From Vicinamibacterales bacterium (GTDB lineage Bacteria; Acidobacteriota; Vicinamibacteria; Vicinamibacterales; UBA8438), in contig OZ253581.1 of NCBI GenBank assembly GCA_965263055.1, positions 4,200,408-4,264,407 of the forward strand: a DNA stretch of 64,000 nucleotides, written 5' to 3'. Below, piece after piece: positions 57,916 through 64,000 of the stretch. Numbering within the stretch: the first letter of the stretch is position 1; the number at the start of each line of letters is the position of its first letter. The notes under the pieces are model-generated. The model did not search any database. It saw only the letters and a program-made list of their open reading frames with translations, and was not told the origin of the DNA. A program made the position numbers and the translations under genes.

Positions 57916-58281
57916 TTAGGAGCCGAACATTCCCGACAGCAGGAGTCTCTCCAAGACCGTCTGAAGCACCCGAGTGGTCAGCGCTCCCCCGTGGCTGAGG
58001 ATCTGCTCCTTCGCCTCGTTCCAACGGCTCTCGTCCCGCGCATGCTCCAGAAAATCGTGGCCCTTGTAGGTAAGGCAACGCGGTGCGTAGACGTGGACTG
58101 AAGAACCATCCCGCGTTAAGTCGAGTGCTTCTATGAGGCCTTCTTGAGCAAGCAGCCACGCGTGATAGCCCACTTCGTCTTCCGAGTACCTGTCGATCTC
58201 CACCTGCCTCGGTTCGAGCGTGGTTGGCCACTTTTCCACCTCAAACAGAATCCGGCGGCATAGATCCATGTCCCGCTTCAT
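57916..58281 (-). CDS. DUF2513 family protein (winged-helix-like, phage-associated)
   Basis: Trimmed to the ATG at 58281. MKRDMDLCRRILFEVEKW... matches the characteristic DUF2513 N-terminus. The upstream extension in the track is Arg-rich junk. Confidence 0.72.
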   Translation of the reverse strand: MKRDMDLCRRILFEVEKWPTTLEPRQVEIDRYSEDEVGYHAWLLAQEGLIEALDLTRDGSSVHVYAPRCLTYKGHDFLEHARDESRWNEAKEQILSHGGALTTRVLQTVLERLLLSGMFGS

Positions 58282-58487
58282 CGGTCGGCCGCCGCGCACT
58301 TCTCCTGGTGCTCTTCGCGTTCCCGCAACGCCGAGGCCAGAATGTCGGGATCGTCGGTAGCCACCGGCGGAAACGACCGATGGCTGGCGGCGCAGTAGAA
58401 GCGGATCCCGCCTGAACCGGCTACCGCCGGCGGTTCTACGCGGGATTCTTCGTCCACCGGGCGGCCGACACCAATCGGGCCGCTCAT
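58278..58487 (-). CDS. hypothetical 69-aa protein
   Basis: The ATG at 58487 shares one nt with the protease stop (TGATG), and its own stop overlaps the DUF2513 ATG (ATGA). About 75 percent G/C at third positions by hand count. No recognisable motif. Confidence 0.35.
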   Translation of the reverse strand: MSGPIGVGRPVDEESRVEPPAVAGSGGIRFYCAASHRSFPPVATDDPDILASALREREEHQEKCAAADR

Positions 58488-59032
58488 CACTGCCCGTGGC
58501 ACTTCTTGAACTTCTTACCGCTGCCACAGGGGCATGGGTCGTTCCTCCCTACGCTGGGCGGGCCGGAAGGAACGAAATCGATCTCCTCCAAGGATGGGAT
58601 TCGAAACGTGAACGACGTCCTGTCCCGGAAATTGCTCACTGCGAAGTCGCCAAGGCCAATGATGTCCATTCCGATCAGCACTTGGGCATCGTCGCCAGCC
58701 AGCGCTTCCGCTTCAGCGACTCGGTGCTCCTGGACGATGACTTGGTTGGGCAGGTGGATGTCGACCAAGTAAACGTCCGAGAGTCGGCTGCTGTTCACGC
58801 CGACGATTTTCGTCTGGGATGTCGGAATCAGGCCGCACTCCTTCACTACCTTCCGCGTGACCACTGTACCGGAGGCGCCAGTGTCCCAGATCGCTATGTA
58901 GCGTCGCGCCTCGACGTCCGGTTTTCTCAGCGGCTCGATGTTCGCGATCCCCACAGGGGTGACCAACACTCGAGCCCGGCCTGCTGCGCGCGCGGTGAAT
59001 CCAGAAACTTTGGATCGCGAGGGGCTACGCAA
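58487..59032 (-). CDS. retropepsin-like aspartic protease fused to C-terminal SEC-C zinc-binding motif
   Basis: [14 protein letters not shown] (hydrophobic-DTGA catalytic motif), [10 protein letters not shown] (retropepsin ILGxD motif), C-terminal [17 protein letters not shown]. The TTG start overlaps the upstream stop by 8 nt. Confidence 0.75.
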   Translation of the reverse strand: MRSPSRSKVSGFTARAAGRARVLVTPVGIANIEPLRKPDVEARRYIAIWDTGASGTVVTRKVVKECGLIPTSQTKIVGVNSSRLSDVYLVDIHLPNQVIVQEHRVAEAEALAGDDAQVLIGMDIIGLGDFAVSNFRDRTSFTFRIPSLEEIDFVPSGPPSVGRNDPCPCGSGKKFKKCHGQ

Positions 59033-59273
59033 AGCTCACTCGCGAATGGAAGGTCTGCGTGGTGCTCTCAGGGTCAGCGTTGCAGCGCTGGACGAGGAAG
59101 GTACCGGGTTCGTGCGTCTGGACCGTTGCGCGCACGGCTTCTGCGGCCGTCTCGTAGTCGCCAAGGACCTTGCCGCCCTTGATAACGATGAAACGGTCTT
59201 GGTACTGCTCTGCCAACTCAGCTTGGTGCTCAAGGTAGTACTCGAACTCACCTTGGAGTACAGACTTAACCAT
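59025..59273 (-). CDS. small DUF5678-like protein (82 aa)
   Basis: The ATG at 59273 follows AGGAAAC (an alternative GTG is at 59297). [37 protein letters not shown]...GTFLVQRC resembles the DUF5678 pattern from memory. Not verified. Confidence 0.5.
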   Translation of the reverse strand: MVKSVLQGEFEYYLEHQAELAEQYQDRFIVIKGGKVLGDYETAAEAVRATVQTHEPGTFLVQRCNADPESTTQTFHSRVSFA

Positions 59274-59348
59274 AGTTTCCTGTGGCAATCGTATCACGGG
59301 CGGGAGAGCCTGATGAGGGGCCGCCGCGGCGCCCTACTGGGGAACACA

Positions 59349-60419
59349 TCAGAGCCCGACGAGCTCGCGGGCCTGGTTGAGTTCCATGCCGGCGCCCGTG
59401 AGCGATTGCATGGCCCGCGCCAGTGTTGCGACGTCGGCCGCCCGCGGCATCTTCAACGTGACGCGCTCGCCTAGGGCCTCGCTCAACTGGTCACCGATCA
59501 TCGCGGCCACCGGCTCAATGGTGCCGACTGTCATCTGCCGCCATGCTTCTCGCATCGACGTGCCCGCCGCCGCGTGATTCGCCAGCACCGGAGGGATGCC
59601 GCACGCCGCCAGCACGTCGCGTCCTACGTCGCGTCGGAGTTCGACGGTCGATTCCGGAGGTGCGATCCCGAAACGATGAGGCGTGTACTCGCGCTGTGGC
59701 GCCACTCCAGGCCCGGCGCCGTAGCCGCCGGTCTGCGCCGGCGCAAGCACCGTCCCTCCGCCCGCCGCGGCCAGGTCTCGCCGGAGCGAGACGAGTGGGT
59801 CGTCCTCGTCGTCGGCGTCGGCGTCCTGCCCGCGGTCTCCCACGTCCGGCGTCGACATGACGTAGCCCGATTTACCGCCCGCCTCGCCGGCGAGCTGGCG
59901 CTCGAGTCCGGCGAGCAGCGCGCCCGATAGCGACGCGGACGCCCACGGTGGCCGTCCTCGCCACGGCCGTACCGGGTCGACCGCGTACTGCAGGTGGGCG
60001 ACGCCGGATCGGGCACGGTAGACCGTCATGGTGGATCCCGGCCCATCGACGGTCACCGTGTAGATCCAGGTCCGGCGGTCGCCGGTCCCGGTCGTCACGT
60101 AGGCGGCGCTCGCCGGCAGGAGCATCAGTCGGCCGTCGGACACCGCCAGGTCGAAGACGATCTCTCCGGAGCGGCACAGCGCCCGGCCGATCATCGCGAG
60201 CAGTGAGGGCGTGAGAGCCGCCGTGCGGCGATTCTGCGGCTCGACGGTGGCCAAGGCCAAAGCCCTCGACCACAGCCCGGAAGAGGCTTCGACGGCGGCC
60301 GTAGCTGATGCTACGCCTCCACCAGTGCCCGCCGCGGCGGACTCGATCGCGTTGACCACGGCCGTCGTGTAGGAGCGCGTCTCCGGTGCCGGCCCGCGAC
60401 TGACACCGAGCGAGATCAT
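59349..60419 (-). CDS. phage portal protein (HK97-family-like, short)
   Basis: Trimmed to the ATG at 60419 (ATGA overlap with the upstream small gene). Portal-like blocks: LTPSLLAMIGRALCRSGEIVF, RPWRGRPPW, and C-terminal ACGIPPVLANHAAAGTSMREAWRQMTVGTIEPVAAMIGDQLSEAL. Confidence 0.6.
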   Translation of the reverse strand: MISLGVSRGPAPETRSYTTAVVNAIESAAAGTGGGVASATAAVEASSGLWSRALALATVEPQNRRTAALTPSLLAMIGRALCRSGEIVFDLAVSDGRLMLLPASAAYVTTGTGDRRTWIYTVTVDGPGSTMTVYRARSGVAHLQYAVDPVRPWRGRPPWASASLSGALLAGLERQLAGEAGGKSGYVMSTPDVGDRGQDADADDEDDPLVSLRRDLAAAGGGTVLAPAQTGGYGAGPGVAPQREYTPHRFGIAPPESTVELRRDVGRDVLAACGIPPVLANHAAAGTSMREAWRQMTVGTIEPVAAMIGDQLSEALGERVTLKMPRAADVATLARAMQSLTGAGMELNQARELVGL

Positions 60420-60685
60420 GGCGCGGCCTCGATGACGCGTGCCCGAGGCCGACGCCACGGGGCCAGGATGCTCGACGCGCCGCAGCGGCGGATCAGGTTG
60501 GCACCCAGGCCGGCATAGTCCACCTTCTGGTCTGCAAACCCGACGCTGGCGACGAGCGGGTCGGAGCGGATCGACTTCACGAGCAGCTCGATGGCCGCGG
60601 TCTGAACGTCGCCGGGCGCATCGGGGGCGTAGTTGTTGACGATGGCTGTCGACGCGGCTTGCGCCTGCGCCTCGGTTACAGCCAC
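60416..60685 (-). CDS. small phage structural protein, possible head-tail connector/adaptor (89 aa)
   Basis: Only the last third of track ORF 60416-61093 looks protein-like (VAVTEAQAQAASTAIVNNYAPDAPGDVQTAAIELLVKSIR...GASSILAPWRRPRA). The GTG at 60685 overlaps the protease 3' end by 10 nt. Confidence 0.35.
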   Translation of the reverse strand: MAVTEAQAQAASTAIVNNYAPDAPGDVQTAAIELLVKSIRSDPLVASVGFADQKVDYAGLGANLIRRCGASSILAPWRRPRARVIEAAP

Positions 60686-61122
60686 ACCCGCACCTGTTGC
60701 CGCTCCCGCAGCTCGGCGCGGGTCTGCTCGTATTCGGGCTTGTCGGTCAGCGCCGCTGCGTCCAAGAGCGCCAGCTCGATCTCGCGGACGCCGGCCGCGG
60801 TCCGGTGTTCCCAGACAGCGTGAAACTCGACGCTCATGTGTTGCTTGCCCTGATCGACGGCCCGGACGATCGCCGGCGTTGCCGGCGTCGAGATTCGGAT
60901 CTCCCCGTTCGGCTCGCGGGTCGGCACGGCGCGCGCCTCGACGGCGCCGCGATGCTCCGTCAGGATGCCGATGCCGTCGTTCGGCCAGACCAGGGCGCCA
61001 GGGGCGAAGACTTCCGCCCGGCCGCCGGCAGCGGCCCGACCCTCCTGGAGGATGACGCCGTGAAGCATCGGCCCGTCTTCGGAGGACCGACACTCGACCA
61101 CGAAGGTGAGCCGTTCACTCAT
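60676..61122 (-). CDS. HK97-family prohead (maturation) protease
   Basis: Trimmed to the ATG at 61122. LHGVILQEGRAAAGGRAEVFAPGAL...ILTEHRG...MSVEFHAV...AALTDKPEYEQT follows the S78/U35 prohead protease pattern. Confidence 0.7.
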   Translation of the reverse strand: MSERLTFVVECRSSEDGPMLHGVILQEGRAAAGGRAEVFAPGALVWPNDGIGILTEHRGAVEARAVPTREPNGEIRISTPATPAIVRAVDQGKQHMSVEFHAVWEHRTAAGVREIELALLDAAALTDKPEYEQTRAELRERQQVRVWL

Positions 61123-61216
61123 TGTCTTGAATCGCCCCGGCGCCGCCGCCGATGGCACAGCGGCGACGCCGGCCTTTGCAGGGACCGCGGGGAGCAACCC
61201 GCGGCCGGGCGAACCG

Positions 61217-62524
61217 TTACGCGACCTTGAACTCGACCAGGTCGTACGCGTCCGGCTGCACAAGCAGCACCTTGGACCCGCACAGCACGTGCAGCGAGAA
61301 GTGCCGCGTTCCGCTGCTGGAATCCGAGTAGATGTCGTCGATCGCGACGTTCGCCCACACCGGGTGCGAGGCCGTCTTCAACCCCGGCCGGCCCTTGCGG
61401 TAGACGATGCCGCGCGCGATATTGCTCGCCGTCGCCGGCATCCGCTTGTTGGTCGACCAACCGCCCATCGTGCGCGCCAGGTACGATGCGGCCGACTCGT
61501 CACCCAGCGAGACGCCGCCGCGCTGCCCGGTGTCGATCACGCGGTCGCGGAACTTCTTCGCACTGAGCTTGTAGGAATCGACGTTCGCCAGGATGGACAC
61601 CTCGCGTAGCGTGGACGCCCACAACCCGTCGATCTGATCGGCGAAGGCCTCCACGAAGTCATCGAAGTCAGCCACCGACGTCGGGTTCGTCGGGTCGGTC
61701 AATTGGTTGACGAGACCGTTGACGTTCGGCGCCGTGCCGTTGCCGTTGATGCACTGCGTGTCGTATGCGTCGCTCAGCACCCCTCGCGCGTTCTCGCGCA
61801 GCGCCGCCTCGAAGTTGCCGACGCCGATCTGCGCCACGTCTTCCATCGCGACGGAGAGACGCGCCGAGATGCGCCGCGGCGAGGCGGTCACCGTCGTCAG
61901 GGCCGCGGCCGTGCTCTCCTGCGTGCCACCTTTGGCCTTCGCCGCCGCAGTCAACGCCGTCGAGATCGTCGCCTCGCTGTAGTTGCCGCTCCCGACTTGC
62001 GGCATCTGGATCCCGAGGCGGGGGGCGATGGAGTCGGCGAAGACGAACGGCTGCACCGGCGCCAGGGTTGCGCCCTGGCCAGCCATCGGTGCCGGCGACA
62101 CCGCGTCCGCTCGGTGCTCGACCTCGCGCGTCTCGGTCGGCCGGTCCCGTTCGAACAGGTCGAGCGGAATGCCGTCCGTGACCTTGCACGCCGCGGCGTA
62201 CTCGGCCTCGACGCCGCCCGGCAGGCGGCCCTGCAGCGCCGCCTGCAGGAACCCGCCGAGCGTGGCCCGACCGCGGAGCTCGAGCCTCTCGCGCGTTTCG
62301 GAGTCGACCGCGCCGCCGGCCGCGGCGGCCTCGCGGGCCAGGCGCTCGGCGTCCGGCTCGGCGGCGATGGCTGCCCGCAGCTCGGGCTCTTTCGCGCTGA
62401 CCTCGGCGGTCAACGTCTCCATCTCCGTGTTCTGTTCGTCGGTCCGGGTCTCGATCCCCAACAGCTCGTTGAGACGCTGACGGCATTCGGACAACCGGAT
62501 CTCAATCTCTTGGCGCTTTGTCAT
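61217..62524 (-). CDS. HK97-fold major capsid protein with N-terminal coiled-coil delta/scaffold domain
   Basis: The first ~110 aa are a charged coiled coil (MTKRQEIEIRLSECRQRLNELL...). The remainder is a Phage_capsid-like core (VQPFVFADSIAPRLGIQMPQVGSGNYSEATIS...ISARLSVAMEDVAQIG...). Confidence 0.88.
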   Translation of the reverse strand: MTKRQEIEIRLSECRQRLNELLGIETRTDEQNTEMETLTAEVSAKEPELRAAIAAEPDAERLAREAAAAGGAVDSETRERLELRGRATLGGFLQAALQGRLPGGVEAEYAAACKVTDGIPLDLFERDRPTETREVEHRADAVSPAPMAGQGATLAPVQPFVFADSIAPRLGIQMPQVGSGNYSEATISTALTAAAKAKGGTQESTAAALTTVTASPRRISARLSVAMEDVAQIGVGNFEAALRENARGVLSDAYDTQCINGNGTAPNVNGLVNQLTDPTNPTSVADFDDFVEAFADQIDGLWASTLREVSILANVDSYKLSAKKFRDRVIDTGQRGGVSLGDESAASYLARTMGGWSTNKRMPATASNIARGIVYRKGRPGLKTASHPVWANVAIDDIYSDSSSGTRHFSLHVLCGSKVLLVQPDAYDLVEFKVA

Positions 62525-62668
62525 AACTCATAGTTATAACATGATTGTGTGCAGATTATAAACTCCGTGAAGGCGTCTAGCGTCGCCTGTAACGGACTCG
62601 GTCGGTCTATGCAGTGGTCGCCTGCCAAAGCCCCGATAATCTCCGCACATGGCCGCTGATACGCCGGT
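62525..62668. promoter_or_regulatory. AT-rich divergent control region between capsid operon and terminase
   Basis: Perfect TATAAT on the minus strand (plus coordinates 62555-62560), 31 nt upstream of the capsid ATG. TATAAC/TATAAA boxes are on the plus strand. An inverted repeat ATAACT-CAT-AGTTAT lies at 62523-62537. Confidence 0.4.
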
Positions 62669-64000
62669 ATGACTCGTAGACGCATGACGACGGCGGCGTG
62701 GGTCAGGAAGTTCTGCATCGCCACGGACGGCCCAGGCTCCGGGAAAAGGCTCACGCTAGAGCCGTGGCAACGTGGGATTCTCGACGCCGTCGACAACGAG
62801 CCGAGGACTACGTTCGCCCTCATGATGGCCAGCCAGATCGGAAAGACGGCAATCACCTTGCCGGTAGGACTGCGTGCAGCGATAGATGGCCGTGGCGTTC
62901 TGTGCGTCGGCTCTACCGATCACGGCGGAAAGGATCTACGTCGCCGGATAGATCGGATCCTCGAGTCCAGTCCGGAGATCGCTAGCGCGTTCTGTTCGGC
63001 TCGGTCCGGTCCAGGTGCACGATCATCCGCAGCACTTCGGGAGACGGCCGCCGGCGGATGGTTGTCAATCGCGACCGCTGGGTCCGCGTCGCAGTTGAGC
63101 TCTCGGACTGTGCAGACCGCAGTCTGCGACGAGGTGAGCAGATGGCCGCGCGCCGTTCGTTCTGGCGAAGGCGCACCGCTCGCGCTGATCGAAGCACGAA
63201 CGGCAGATTGGGGTGATGACGCGGTGATCGTCGCACTCTCCAGCCCGGTGCAGGACGGAGACGGGATAACCCAATTGTTCCGAGACGGCGACCAGCGCCG
63301 CATGGAATACCCGTGCCCCAGTTGTCACGCGATGACGCCGTTCCTGTGGGAGCAGGTCATCGGCGTCGAGCGCCACGAGAAACCGATGATCACGTGTGCA
63401 AACTGCGACCAAGCACACGACGAACGCGCCCGCCTGAAGATGTTGCGCCGCGGCCGGTGGGTGGCGCAGCGCCCGGACGCCGTAGACGAAGACACCGCAT
63501 CGTTCTCCGCCAGCAGGCTTGACAGCGCCAGGTCGTCGCTGCATCAGGTCGCGAAGAGCTGGCGGAAAGCGCGTAGACGAGGAGAACGAGGCGATGCACG
63601 AGCAGTTGCCTCGTGGCGGAATTTGGTCTTGGGACGGCCGTCGAAGTCCGGAGCCGCAGATGCCGATCAGTTGTACGCGCGCCGCGAACGCGCCTTCGAT
63701 CTACGGGAGCTCGAGCAGACGGTCGCCGCGATCGACGTTCAGGACGATCGGTTGATCAGCGTCGTCGCCGGGTTCAGCCGTGGCAGCAATGACGTGTTCG
63801 TGTTCGACCTCGCCGTCCACCTCGGAGACCCGAGAGACGACGCGCCGTGGCAGATCGTCGAGCGCCACCTGGACCAGACCTTCGGCGGGATGAGGATCTC
63901 CATCGTCGGCGTGGACGCCGGCCACCTGACCAGCACAGTCCGAGAACAATGTCGGCGCCGCCGGGCGTGGTGTCCGGTCCTCGGTCGAGCAGGACGTGGA
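62669..64000 (+). CDS. phage terminase large subunit, GpA (lambda-like) family, C-terminally truncated by window end
   Basis: Not in the ORF track (no stop in the window). Manual translation gives 444 codons with no stop. MTRRRMTTAAWVRKFCIATDGPGSGKRLTLEPWQRGILDAV...MMASQIGKT (Walker A), CDEVSRW (Walker B), YPCPSCH...CANC zinc-ribbon-like, AAIDVQDDRL nuclease-domain start. Confidence 0.85.
   Translation, partial: MTRRRMTTAAWVRKFCIATDGPGSGKRLTLEPWQRGILDAVDNEPRTTFALMMASQIGKTAITLPVGLRAAIDGRGVLCVGSTDHGGKDLRRRIDRILESSPEIASAFCSARSGPGARSSAALRETAAGGWLSIATAGSASQLSSRTVQTAVCDEVSRWPRAVRSGEGAPLALIEARTADWGDDAVIVALSSPVQDGDGITQLFRDGDQRRMEYPCPSCHAMTPFLWEQVIGVERHEKPMITCANCDQAHDERARLKMLRRGRWVAQRPDAVDEDTASFSASRLDSARSSLHQVAKSWRKARRRGERGDARAVASWRNLVLGRPSKSGAADADQLYARRERAFDLRELEQTVAAIDVQDDRLISVVAGFSRGSNDVFVFDLAVHLGDPRDDAPWQIVERHLDQTFGGMRISIVGVDAGHLTSTVREQCRRRRAWCPVLGRAGRG

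Larger units (their letters stand above)
57787..64000. mobile_element. phage-derived island (prophage fragment, satellite or domesticated head module), right end beyond window
   Basis: Abrupt switch from housekeeping to phage head genes (capsid, protease, portal, terminase). G+C is visibly lower with AT-rich intergenic patches (57850-57880, 62521-62600). No integrase, tRNA or att repeat is visible in the window. Confidence 0.6.

Noticed and set aside
57916-58527. Long version of the DUF2513 ORF (203 aa) and long version of the DUF465 ORF (47306-48016)
   Set aside because: The N-terminal extensions are Arg/Gly/Pro-rich and overlap better-supported genes. Internal ATGs at 58281 and 47521 give proteins of family-typical size.
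61185-61204. 7-bp GC stem-loop (CCGCGGG-GAGCAA-CCCGCGG) between the capsid and protease genes, considered as a terminator
   Set aside because: No U-tract follows on the transcribed (minus) strand. It may modulate read-through or mRNA stability, but it cannot be called an intrinsic terminator from sequence alone.
1-64000. Search by eye for CRISPR arrays, tRNA/rRNA/tmRNA genes, reverse transcriptases, IS elements
   Set aside because: None recognised. All non-coding gaps are 370 bp or shorter and contain no regular repeat-spacer structure. A proper tRNAscan/Rfam/CRISPR-finder run is still advisable.

Overview
GC-rich chromosomal segment (about two-thirds G+C by eye, not computed) of a diderm bacterium. 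Diderm status is inferred from the Tol-Pal, Lpt, Lgt and sigma-54 genes. All functional calls come from reading the supplied translations and the DNA by eye; no searches or folding programs were run.

Positions 1-57.8 kb are densely packed housekeeping genes, many joined by ATGA/GTGA start-stop overlaps:
- a five-gene aspartate-family operon (hom-thrC-TIGR00300-like-lysC-asd), preceded by a candidate Thr-rich leader-peptide attenuator;
- a lipoprotein / CxxCH-protein pair, xerD, metK, and a PHP-domain protein;
- a fused lptF-lptG, then parAB, a bifunctional nuclease, miaB and recN;
- a complete tolQ-tolR-tolA-like-tolB-pal-cpoB cluster, then ssb;
- a giant LptC/LptA-like protein with lptB, rpoN and a cupin;
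- recJ, dnaE and guaA;
- a beta-propeller protein coupled to a 1322-aa sensor kinase;
- pssA-psd-DUF465, mutS and tsaB;
- a polyamine set (deoxyhypusine-synthase-like, aguA, aguB), a YfgM-like TPR protein, lgt, and a Tat-secreted GH99-like protein.

From about 57.8 kb to the right edge the composition drops and the content becomes phage-derived. On the minus strand there is an HK97-type capsid, prohead protease, a small connector-like gene and a portal, in a non-canonical order. A GpA-type large terminase diverges from them across an AT-rich control region; it is open to the window end and absent from the ORF track.

Between this head module and the core genome lies a compact, translationally coupled four-gene cassette: a small DUF5678-like protein, a retropepsin-like aspartic protease fused to a SEC-C zinc motif, a 69-aa ORF, and DUF2513. 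I consider this cassette the best candidate for an undescribed system.

No rRNA, tRNA or CRISPR array was recognised. Many long antisense ORFs in the track are GC-rich shadow frames.
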